64,000 nucleotides of DNA. Origin: an uncultured Aminicenantes bacterium (GTDB taxonomy: Bacteria > Acidobacteriota > Aminicenantia > UBA2199). This document shows positions 19,032 to 27,471 of the stretch, one piece after another. Under the pieces are notes generated by a model. The model was given only the letters and a program-made list of their open reading frames with translations. It was not told the DNA's origin and did no database searches. The DNA lies in NCBI GenBank assembly GCA_965195285.1, contig CBDAFS010000061.1, positions 1 through 64,000 of the forward strand, in the 5' to 3' direction. The number at the start of each line of letters is the position of its first letter. Within the stretch, counting starts at the first letter, position 1. Both the position numbers and the translations under genes were made by a program.

Positions 19032-19466
19032 TTAGATTTTTGTTGCTGTCCAGGTTCCTGATTCAGCACCACCACAACCGACTCCTCCTGTATAACTTAT
19101 TGTCATTGTTCCATTCATGGAGGTGTCAGAGATTGAAGTTCCATCCCAGATCCAAACAACATGACAGGGTTCATCATTATAAAAATCCCAATTTACCTGA
19201 ACCGTGTTGCAATCGCTAACCGTGTAGATACCTGCATTGCCCTCGACGTATTTCATTCCGCTGACAGTACCGCCGGTTGAACTTCCGGAAAAGGTAAGAG
19301 TATGATTATCAGGCCAAACTTCTGCATCATCCCAATCCCAGAGCACAGTAACATTCCAGGTTCCGGTAATATCGAATGTACAGTCATCGGCAGTTGAACA
19401 ACCCGGATGATAAACCAACCCTAAAAAAACAATAAAATAGAGTAAAACCCTAAGCGTTAATTTCAT
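19032..19466 (-). CDS. Small beta-rich lipoprotein, YDIxGTW family (copy 2)
   Basis: RBS GGAGGAGG before ATG 19466; signal peptide ending HPGC; FDITGTW...SMNG...GTWTATK. Confidence 0.8.
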   Translation of the reverse strand: MKLTLRVLLYFIVFLGLVYHPGCSTADDCTFDITGTWNVTVLWDWDDAEVWPDNHTLTFSGSSTGGTVSGMKYVEGNAGIYTVSDCNTVQVNWDFYNDEPCHVVWIWDGTSISDTSMNGTMTISYTGGVGCGGAESGTWTATKI

Positions 19467-19738
19467 TTCTCCTCCTCCAGGCAATAATTTGATTACCTGC
19501 AAACACATTCCAAAATACTTACAATCCTATTTTAATTAATCAACAATAATTTTTCAAGTACAGAAAAACAGAATCGCCAATGGTCAATGGGGTCAGTGAA
19601 TCTCCTACTTCTATATATTTATTACGTTTTTCTAAAAATAAATGGATAAAGAAATCCGGGTAGAAGTAACCTTGACAATCCGGGATTAAAGGTGATAATG
19701 ATTATCTTATATCAAATCAATAACGGAGGAAAACTGAA

Positions 19739-20185
19739 ATGCCTTTATATATCCTTTATGCGGTTTTGGCCGGGATTGCCTGGGGTGTTGGCGGTTATTT
19801 TGAAAAAACGGGTTTAAAGGAAATCGGACTTCCGCCAATTGTCGGAATCGCCCTGCGGACAGCAGTTGCCCTGATTATCCTGGGACTGCTTTCCATTCCT
19901 GCCTGGCAAGCCATAAACAAATCCGCGGGCATCAAATCCTGGCTGATGATTATCATCGGGGGCGGGATTATTGCCGGCAGCCTGGGAATGTGGTGTTTTT
20001 ATTCCTCCCTGTCGCTCTCGGATAACCTGGGAATCACACTGGCCATTGCCTTTGCCTTCTCCCCCATTGCCGGGACCGTCACCGGCCTGCTCAAGGGCAA
20101 TCAGCACATGGATCTGAAAACCGGCCTGGGACTGATTTCAATTGTTTTCGGGATTATCCTCATCCAGCTCTCCCATAAAACATAG
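19739..20185 (+). CDS. EamA/DMT-family small membrane transporter (single repeat)
   Basis: Five hydrophobic segments; AWGVGGYFEKTGL...ALRT pattern. Confidence 0.8.
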   Translation: MPLYILYAVLAGIAWGVGGYFEKTGLKEIGLPPIVGIALRTAVALIILGLLSIPAWQAINKSAGIKSWLMIIIGGGIIAGSLGMWCFYSSLSLSDNLGITLAIAFAFSPIAGTVTGLLKGNQHMDLKTGLGLISIVFGIILIQLSHKT

Positions 20186-20511
20186 AATCCCATCAGACCA
20201 TATCTAACTTTATTTGGCCTGCATTGCAAAAGTAAAGGCATGGCACCATTAGCTAAATGAGTCTATGGGTCAATGGGTGGACGGGGGAGAAATTGTAATA
20301 GATCCGTTTGTTGACGTCCTGCCTTCCCCATCTACCCATTCACTCTTCTTCCCATTTACGAGTTAAAGATTCAGTACAATAAAACCATTATGTAAAGGCA
20401 TGTCCCCCCAGAGGTCGATGGGGGAATGAGTCAATGAGTAAATGGGTTAATGGGTGAATGAGTTAAGGACCAGGAAAAGGTATAGGTTAAGGTAAAGTGA
20501 AAAATGGACAG

Positions 20512-20558
20512 GTAGGGGCAAACGGCGGGTTGACGGGCGAATTGCCATTCGCCCCTAC
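20512..20558. repeat. GTAG-type REP doublet, internally deleted copy 3
   Basis: GTAGGGGCAAACGGCGGGTTGAC joined to GGGCGAATTGCCATTCGCCCCTAC. Confidence 0.75.
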
Positions 20559-20703
20559 AGCCTCCCATCAACTCATCTTCTCATCTACTAGTTAGAAGAA
20601 TTCTGCTGCTGGAAGCTGGTGGCTGAGGTAAAGGTAAAGGTAAAGTAACATTTATCCTTATGCTCCATCTTCAAGCTGCAAAACACATGACCTGATTGCT
20701 TTT

Positions 20704-20961
20704 TTATTTCTTATAGATAATCTTGAAAATAAACAAGGTGAGGGCCAGTAAGAATTCGATTATTCCGAAAACAGCCAGCGGTACAATCCTATTCACTATC
20801 CCATAAACCACCCATAGAGACAATCCGGACATCAATATGACGGTCCAGACCGTGGAAATATCCCTGGCCGATCTTGTTCTCCAGGTTTTTATTACCTGTG
20901 GAGACAAGGAGACAGCTACCAAAAAACCGGCAATATACCCAACAATCTCAATCTTATACAT
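20704..20961 (-). CDS. SemiSWEET / PQ-loop (MtN3) sugar transporter
   Basis: 85 aa; SLSPQVIKTWRTRSARDIS and LWVVYG motifs. Confidence 0.88.
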   Translation of the reverse strand: MYKIEIVGYIAGFLVAVSLSPQVIKTWRTRSARDISTVWTVILMSGLSLWVVYGIVNRIVPLAVFGIIEFLLALTLFIFKIIYKK

Positions 20962-21154
20962 TGTTTTAATTCCCCTTTTTTGTGTAATCCTCAATTTCGG
21001 CTTATTTCCACTCATTATACCAGACTGTAAGTTTGGAATCTAATAAAATATTGTCAAGGGATACCAGATTTAATTTTTTTAGCAAAACCCTATTTGTTAA
21101 GGCCTGTCCCCTTCTTGCTTTTGACAAAATCACATTTTTCATTTATATAGTTAA

Positions 21155-21949
21155 ATGGAATCCTTTTTTATTTTAAAAGTCCTGGTATCCTTCATTGCAG
21201 CCGGGATATGGATCGGCAGCGTCACCCTCATTGCCGAAAGACTCGGCAGCAAACGGGGCGGCCTCATAGCCAACCTCCCCTCCACTGTCCTGATTGCTCT
21301 GGTATTTGTGGGACTGGTCAACGATGCCGGATTTGCTGCCCTGGCCACCCGGGCCGTACCGGTCGGAATGACCATTGATACAATTTTTTTGATGGTGTTT
21401 ATCATCCTGCTGAAGAAAAGTCTGGTGACAGCCGTGCTGCTTTCCCTCTCAACCTGGATGGTTCTGGCATATACAGCCGGACAGATTCATTGCAGCAGCA
21501 TGGTCTTCACTATCCTTGTTTATTTTCTGGTGGCAATAACCTCATTTTTAATTCTGGAATACAGATTTGAAATCCCGTCCAAAGGAAAAAGTCGGAAAAA
21601 ATTCACTCCTATAAATTCCATGGTGAGGGCCCTGTTTGCCGGCAGTGTGGTGGCCGGTACCACCATCATCTCTGCCTTTGCCGGCACCTACTGGGTCGGA
21701 CTGTTTTCCACTTTTCCGGCTGTCATGCTATCCACCATGGTTATTTTAACACTGAATCAGGGTAAGGCCTTTGCCCGGGCAACCGGAAAAGTCATGATCC
21801 TGGCTTCAACCAATATTATCATCTATGCCCTGGGTGTATCCATCACCTACCCTTTGCTGGGCATTACCCTCGGAACCATTATTTCCTTTGTTTTCTCATT
21901 CTTCTGGGTATTGTTGCTGCACCCGCTGATCAATAAAATCATCAAATAA
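21155..21949 (+). CDS. Polytopic membrane protein (DUF3147-like, internally duplicated)
   Basis: IAERLGSKRGGLIANLPS and the second-half GLFSTFPAV; about eight TM segments. Confidence 0.65.
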   Translation: MESFFILKVLVSFIAAGIWIGSVTLIAERLGSKRGGLIANLPSTVLIALVFVGLVNDAGFAALATRAVPVGMTIDTIFLMVFIILLKKSLVTAVLLSLSTWMVLAYTAGQIHCSSMVFTILVYFLVAITSFLILEYRFEIPSKGKSRKKFTPINSMVRALFAGSVVAGTTIISAFAGTYWVGLFSTFPAVMLSTMVILTLNQGKAFARATGKVMILASTNIIIYALGVSITYPLLGITLGTIISFVFSFFWVLLLHPLINKIIK

Positions 21950-21998
21950 TAATTTGTATTTGTTTGAAAATCATATATATTATTTAGTGGAGGGAAAC

Positions 21999-22406
21999 AT
22001 GAAAAGGAAATTATGGATTATGTTAATGATTATTCCCTTGCTGGCATTCCTGTTTCAGGCCGGATGCAAAACCGAGGAAGAGACCATAACCGAAGCCCAG
22101 TATGACATCACCGGCACCTGGCAGGTGACTACAACCTGGACATCACTGGATGTAACCCTGGCTAATCCTCCCGGCACCTATGCCATTACTTTCGAGGGAA
22201 GTGTTACCAACGGGATATTTTCAACCAGCAATAATGAAACCGGAATCTATCTGGTAATCGGTACGGTGGTTCAATGGATATTTTCTTATGGCGCTGTTTA
22301 CACCGGAAATTTTACCGATGACTCCACAATGACGGGTGAAATGGTAGGCAATTACGGTGCCACCGGCACCTGGAATGCCGTCAAATCAAACCAGAGTACA
22401 TTATAA
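21999..22406 (+). CDS. Small beta-rich lipoprotein, YDIxGTW family (copy 3)
   Basis: RBS GGAGG; lipobox QAGC; CKTEEE...YDITGTW...TMTG...GTWNAVK. Confidence 0.8.
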   Translation: MKRKLWIMLMIIPLLAFLFQAGCKTEEETITEAQYDITGTWQVTTTWTSLDVTLANPPGTYAITFEGSVTNGIFSTSNNETGIYLVIGTVVQWIFSYGAVYTGNFTDDSTMTGEMVGNYGATGTWNAVKSNQSTL

Positions 22407-24545
22407 TCCCATTTCTTTTAAAATATGCCCGGCATTGGCAAACTTTTCAGTGATAAACATTACAAAACGGATGTCCACCGAGATGGTTCTCTGTAATTGT
22501 TCATCGTATTGCCAGTCACTATTCATGGCCTCATAATTCCCGTCAAAGGCAATTCCGACCAGTTCACCCCGGGCATTGAGTACCGGGCTGCCGCTGTTTC
22601 CACCGGTAATATCACAGACATGCAGAAAGGCAACCGGGATATCATTCACATTCGCTGCAGCCCATTTTCCAAAATCCTTTTTGGCATAGAGGTCTTTGAG
22701 TTTATCCGGTACGATAAAGGGATCTTTACCGGTTTCCTTTTCCAGAATCCCCCCTATCAGGGTAAACGGATCATGGTATACCGCATCACGGGGTGAATAT
22801 CCTTCAACCTTTCCATAGGTGAAGCGGATGGTCCGGTTGGCATCCGGGTACATCCCAGCGCCCTTCCAGGCATACAGGGCTTCGATGTACTGTTTTCTCA
22901 GGGCGGTTATCCTGGCCCCGAAAGCTTCATTCCTCTTCTTAATGACCTCGCATTCCGGATAAATACGGCGGGCCAGATCCAGTAACGGATCATTCAGGGC
23001 TTCGATTTCCTTGGAACTTTTTTGGAACAGTGTTTTGACAAATTCCACATCCTTTAATTTGGTTTTCGCATAGGCGGCTTCGATGAATTGATCGATGCTG
23101 ATATCCCTGTTTTTGAAAATGAAATCCAGTCCCTTGATCCGTTTGGCTTCATCCAGTTCGGCCATGAGCTTCAATGATCTTTTCAGCAGGGCCTTATCTG
23201 CCGGTTCATAGTAACTCAGGTACCTGAAATGCAAACGGTCGGCCTTACGTTTGATATCCCTTTCGGAAAAATAGGGGTCGCGGTCTGCCAGCGGTTTTTC
23301 CCGTTCCCGGATAATATAATATAGAGATTTGGCAATACCGGCCATGTCACCGCTCAGGTAATCAAAAAGGCCCAGGGCATCGTCATGATCGCGGTTGGCC
23401 TGAAGCCCCTGGTACAGGGCTCTGATATCGGTTAAAATATGGCCATATTTCTTCTGGAGCTTTTTATCTGCTTTTAAAAAGTTGGACAGCTGGTTTTCAA
23501 ACAGTAATTTTTTGTCCAGAAACCGGCTCTTTTTCATTCCGTCTACCCGTCCCTGGAAATTTTTAAGCCCATTGTTCAACCCCTTGATGAAGTTGGCCAC
23601 TTTCATCCGGGCATTGATCGAATCCTGGGCAAAAGATTCCAGGATATCAATAGTTTCCTGAAAGAGTTTAATGGAACGGGGATAGGAAAAACTAAAATTG
23701 TAATCGACTGAATTCGAGGTCCGGTAGCGGGTGGTACCGCCTGGATAACCGATGATAAAGGTCATGTCCCCTTTCTGGAGTCCCCGGGCAGCCACCTTCA
23801 GCCAGAATTTGGATTTATAGGGAATATTTGCTTCATGGAATTTCCGTCCGGTACCGTCAGGAGCCATGTAGATACGCATGAAAGAAAAATCACCGGTATG
23901 ACGGGGCCACATCCAGTTGTCGATATCACCTCCATAATTACCGATGGCTGCAGGCGGAACATAAACCACACGGACATCATCAAATCGCTTGTGCACAAAC
24001 AGGATATACTGTTTACCATTAAACATCTCCGCCACTTTGGCCGAGATATCCGTATGCTCCTTCTCAATTTCATCGGTAATGGCCTTGATATGGCGATCAA
24101 TGGCCTTCTGTCTTTTCTCCGGGTCCCCGATCTTTTGAAACGCCAAGAATTCAGAAGTAACTTCCCTCATGTCCTCCAGAATATAAGCTGAATATCCAGG
24201 CGCTTCTATCTCTTCTTCTCTGGTTTTGGCCAGGTAGCCACTGGTAATCAGATCGGTCTCCTTAATCCGGGCAGATGCCCGCTGAACAGCCGTAAAGGCC
24301 ACATGGTGGTTGGTCAATAACAAACCATCCGAAGATACCAGTTCGGCAGTACCCCCTCCCAGCAGGACAATGGCCTGAGTAAGGCAGGGCTTGTCCGGAC
24401 TGTATATCTGTTCAACCGGGACCTGGATACCCTTGCTGCCCAGGTCAAGGCCTTTCAACTGGGTTAATAACCACATTCCTTCCTCTGCACAGATAAAAAC
24501 ACTGAGGATAAAAATTAATAGCAGTATGATAACACTTTTCTTCAT
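22401..24545 (-). CDS. S46 dipeptidyl-peptidase (DPP7-like)
   Basis: EEGMWL, LTNHHVA, DNWMWPRHTGDF, DITGGNSGSPV, AFDGNYEA. Confidence 0.93.
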   Translation of the reverse strand: MKKSVIILLLIFILSVFICAEEGMWLLTQLKGLDLGSKGIQVPVEQIYSPDKPCLTQAIVLLGGGTAELVSSDGLLLTNHHVAFTAVQRASARIKETDLITSGYLAKTREEEIEAPGYSAYILEDMREVTSEFLAFQKIGDPEKRQKAIDRHIKAITDEIEKEHTDISAKVAEMFNGKQYILFVHKRFDDVRVVYVPPAAIGNYGGDIDNWMWPRHTGDFSFMRIYMAPDGTGRKFHEANIPYKSKFWLKVAARGLQKGDMTFIIGYPGGTTRYRTSNSVDYNFSFSYPRSIKLFQETIDILESFAQDSINARMKVANFIKGLNNGLKNFQGRVDGMKKSRFLDKKLLFENQLSNFLKADKKLQKKYGHILTDIRALYQGLQANRDHDDALGLFDYLSGDMAGIAKSLYYIIREREKPLADRDPYFSERDIKRKADRLHFRYLSYYEPADKALLKRSLKLMAELDEAKRIKGLDFIFKNRDISIDQFIEAAYAKTKLKDVEFVKTLFQKSSKEIEALNDPLLDLARRIYPECEVIKKRNEAFGARITALRKQYIEALYAWKGAGMYPDANRTIRFTYGKVEGYSPRDAVYHDPFTLIGGILEKETGKDPFIVPDKLKDLYAKKDFGKWAAANVNDIPVAFLHVCDITGGNSGSPVLNARGELVGIAFDGNYEAMNSDWQYDEQLQRTISVDIRFVMFITEKFANAGHILKEMGL

Positions 24546-24646
24546 GTTTTCTCCTTTTTTTTTTCATGTAAAGGTGTAGTATACACCAAGCGTGGAGTAG
24601 TCTAACATCAAACCAATACATTTTTTCTTTGTTCGGGTGAATTGGT

Positions 24647-25018
24647 TCAAGTGTAGGGAAGGTAAGGAGACAGGCTGACCCTGATTTTTTTAATATCACC
24701 GGCTTTCAGATTGGTTCTGCTGCCAACCACCTTGCATTTCCATATTTTCTGGTCTTTGAACTGTAAAGCCAGATGTTTTACCTGATAGCCGCTTTTCCAC
24801 AACAGCTTGTCCCCACGGAAACACCTGAAGATGATGAAGTGGTTTTCCGGGATTTCCTCCCGGGGTTCGATCAAGCAATAAATCACATCTCCCTCGGTTT
24901 TCAGGGAGACCTTGGCCAGATCGGTTAGTTTTTTTTCAGCGTCCAGTTTAACCCCGCAACCGGAAAGCAAGAGTGAAAAACAAATCATAGCTGCAACCAA
25001 TACCCGAGTGGCATTCAT
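24647..25018 (-). CDS. Hypothetical lipoprotein
   Basis: RBS GGAGG before ATG 25018; lipobox LSGC. Confidence 0.6.
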   Translation of the reverse strand: MNATRVLVAAMICFSLLLSGCGVKLDAEKKLTDLAKVSLKTEGDVIYCLIEPREEIPENHFIIFRCFRGDKLLWKSGYQVKHLALQFKDQKIWKCKVVGSRTNLKAGDIKKIRVSLSPYLPYT

Positions 25019-25047
25019 GACCCCTCCGTGGGATGGTTTATCCGCCA

Positions 25048-26526
25048 TCATGACTGCAGGCCATTTAGAGCTGCAGCAAAGTTTTCAAAATATGCACTCT
25101 GGGGAAAAAGGCTCTGAAAGATCGACGGTGCGATCGCCAGGGTATCCTCGGCTGACAGGCAGTATTCCATCTTTTGAAAACGGCTGCGGTATTCGGCGAC
25201 GTCCTCCCCTCGGGAGCGGTTGTGGATTACCACATCGGCCAGCATCCGGCTCAGTTCATCAAAATCGCCTTCCTTCATGCCGAACCGAGTCATTTCCGAA
25301 ACTCCCATCCGGATACCACTGGGATGATAGAAGGTTTCATCATCCGGCAGGGCTTGGTAATTGGTCACAATGTTATTTTTCTCCAGCCGGTTGGCGATTT
25401 CTTTTCCATCTCCGTGATCCGATACCCGAATCACCACCTGATGGGTTGTGGTGAAACCATCATCTTCACCGCCCTCTACCGCAATACCGTTTTGGGCCAG
25501 AGCAGCTGCAAAGGCCCGGGCATTGGAAACCACCTGTTTCTGATACTGGTCTTTAAAATGGTTCATCTCCATGGTGGCAACCAGAAAAGCCAGCAGGGTT
25601 CCCAGGTGATGATTGCTAGTAGAGCCGGGGAAAGCCCGGGAATTTATTTCCAGCCAGAGTTTCCGCAAAGGGCTCTCCTTGGGCATATTGGCAGCAATGA
25701 CACCCCTTTGGGGCCCGAAAAAAGTCTTATGGGTAGAGCCTGTGACCAGGTCAGCCCCTTCGGCCAGCGGGTCCTGGAAATGGGGACCCAGAATGCCCAT
25801 CACATGGGCGGCATCATACATGATGACCGGCCGGTAGCCATCGGTATTCTGAACCAGGTCATGCAGTTGGGCAATGGGCTCCGGATGCAAAAACATGCTT
25901 TTCCCGAATACCACCAGCGGCGGCCGGTGCTGGTCCACCAGGTCCAGCATCTGGTCGGCGTCTATCTTATAGGAATTGCTTTCAACCAGGGGAAAATTAA
26001 CGACATCTCCTTCCACATAATTGAACAGGGCTCCAAAAGGCTGGGCACTCAGGTGTCCGCCGTAATTCAGATGGTTGTTCATAACGGTCGCCATTCGAGC
26101 CGTATCGGTTAAGCGGGGAAATCCTTCCTTGGCCCGGCTCAAAAATTTAACCATGGCTTTAAATACCACTTCGTTGGCCATCTGGCCGCTGATAGGGCGG
26201 ACCTCTACTTCAGAAGCACGGATATATTTGCCAAACTCCTTTTTTAGTTTCTCTTCGACCTCAAATATCAGATCGGTTCCCTGATAGTAGTAAATTTGAT
26301 TGCCTTTCAGGACACCGGCACCGCTCAGGGCTTCCCGCTCTTTTTTCATGGCAGTTTTATGCTCGGCATAGCGGCCCGAGGGATCACTGATCTCACAGAG
26401 TTTTACCAGCAGAGTGGGTGTATTTTCTGAAGGAATCAGATTGAAACACCTCCTCTGGCGCCAGAGATTGTTTTCCACCACCTTCTGGCCCAGATCCTGC
26501 AAATCTTTCTTTAAATCATTCATCAT
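25048..26526 (-). CDS. glyA: Serine hydroxymethyltransferase (divergent)
   Basis: NLIPSEN, SGQMAN, GGHLS, YDAAHVMG, TGSTHKTFFGPQRG (PLP lysine), SGIRMG. Confidence 0.88.
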   Translation of the reverse strand: MMNDLKKDLQDLGQKVVENNLWRQRRCFNLIPSENTPTLLVKLCEISDPSGRYAEHKTAMKKEREALSGAGVLKGNQIYYYQGTDLIFEVEEKLKKEFGKYIRASEVEVRPISGQMANEVVFKAMVKFLSRAKEGFPRLTDTARMATVMNNHLNYGGHLSAQPFGALFNYVEGDVVNFPLVESNSYKIDADQMLDLVDQHRPPLVVFGKSMFLHPEPIAQLHDLVQNTDGYRPVIMYDAAHVMGILGPHFQDPLAEGADLVTGSTHKTFFGPQRGVIAANMPKESPLRKLWLEINSRAFPGSTSNHHLGTLLAFLVATMEMNHFKDQYQKQVVSNARAFAAALAQNGIAVEGGEDDGFTTTHQVVIRVSDHGDGKEIANRLEKNNIVTNYQALPDDETFYHPSGIRMGVSEMTRFGMKEGDFDELSRMLADVVIHNRSRGEDVAEYRSRFQKMEYCLSAEDTLAIAPSIFQSLFPQSAYFENFAAALNGLQS

Positions 26527-26660
26527 TCGTCTCCGTTATTGGTTTGGATGATTTATCTCACCATGATCAATCTGTAATATAAACCAGAAACAGGTATAAT
26601 ACAAGACCTCAGCAGGTGTTTGCTGCCCGCATATAATGTTTTAGACCCGACCGTTTTTTT

Positions 26661-27248
26661 CTACCGGCAGCGTTTCCAATCCGTACTGTGGTATAAGGAT
26701 TCGAGTTCTTTCCAGAAATCATTCATGTCACAGGTCATAATCAGCAGGGCCTGGGTATTGTCATCCTGATCCTGGATATATTTGGGGGTCAGGCATTCCT
26801 CTCTGAAACCCAGTTTCTTCAAGATTTTAACCGCCCCGGTCTGGGGTTTCATCATCTTGGCAATCACTTTCTTCACATCGTGCTGTGCTGCTATCAGGTA
26901 AAGTTCACGGTTCATGATCAAACCCAGCCCTCTTCGCTGATACGGGCTGGATACGATTACCCTTAATTCGGCATGATGCTTATTTATCCAGTCATCAACA
27001 TGAAGCTCCAGGGCCCCGCTTGCAACAATTTGACCATCTTTTAAAGCCACGATCCGAAAAAAATTACCACTGCGGATCTGCTTGATTCTTTCCTTTATCA
27101 GATTATCATCGGTTACATTGATTCTCAGATATTTCCGGTCGTTTGGAGGCAGTGAACGGAAAAACTTCATGTAATTCTCCAGATCATCCATGGTGATATT
27201 TCGAACGGTGATTTCAGCACCATCCTTTAAAATTTCCTTTTTATCCAT
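26661..27248 (-). CDS. GNAT-family N-acetyltransferase
   Basis: RBS AGGAGGT before ATG 27248; VSSPYQRRGLG acetyl-CoA-binding motif; LKKLGF. Confidence 0.85.
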   Translation of the reverse strand: MDKKEILKDGAEITVRNITMDDLENYMKFFRSLPPNDRKYLRINVTDDNLIKERIKQIRSGNFFRIVALKDGQIVASGALELHVDDWINKHHAELRVIVSSPYQRRGLGLIMNRELYLIAAQHDVKKVIAKMMKPQTGAVKILKKLGFREECLTPKYIQDQDDNTQALLIMTCDMNDFWKELESLYHSTDWKRCR

Positions 27249-27471
27249 AACAACTACCTCCTTGTTAATCCACTTCAATTCAGATTGGATCAATTTGAAA
27301 TGTTGAATCGCAATAAACAACAGAAAACCAGTCCCCAGTCTATAAAAAATATAATATGATAAACTCATACTGTCAACTTTTTTTCTTTCAACATATTCAT
27401 GAAATTATTAAAACCAGGAGTTTGATCTGATGACTTGCGGATCTGGAGCCAGAAGAATAACCGGTGAGGAA

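Larger units (their letters stand above)
12378..21111 (+). repeat. Array of ten direct-oriented 17-bp sites, consensus TGTCAAGGCCTGNCCCC (RAYT-end-like)
   Basis: Copies start at 12378, 12655, 14250, 15490, 15575, 17185, 18733, 20231, 20391 and 21095; all intergenic and all in the same orientation. Confidence 0.85.

Noticed and set aside
12378-21111. CRISPR array interpretation of the repeated 17-bp sites
   Set aside because: Spacing is irregular (85 bp to over 1.5 kb), whole genes lie between copies, the repeats are degenerate, and there are no cas genes
12378-22406. Classical integron with attC sites
   Set aside because: No RYYYAAC...GTTRRRY boxes flanking the genes, no IntI tyrosine recombinase in the window, and gene orientation is mixed
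24669-24685. GACAGGCTGACCCTGAT resembling the array site
   Set aside because: Lies inside a coding sequence and lacks the TGTCAAG half
25174-26112. 312-aa plus-strand ORF and similar antisense ORFs over ilvC, ctpA, citF and ileS
   Set aside because: Antisense shadows of well-supported genes, with no recognisable motifs
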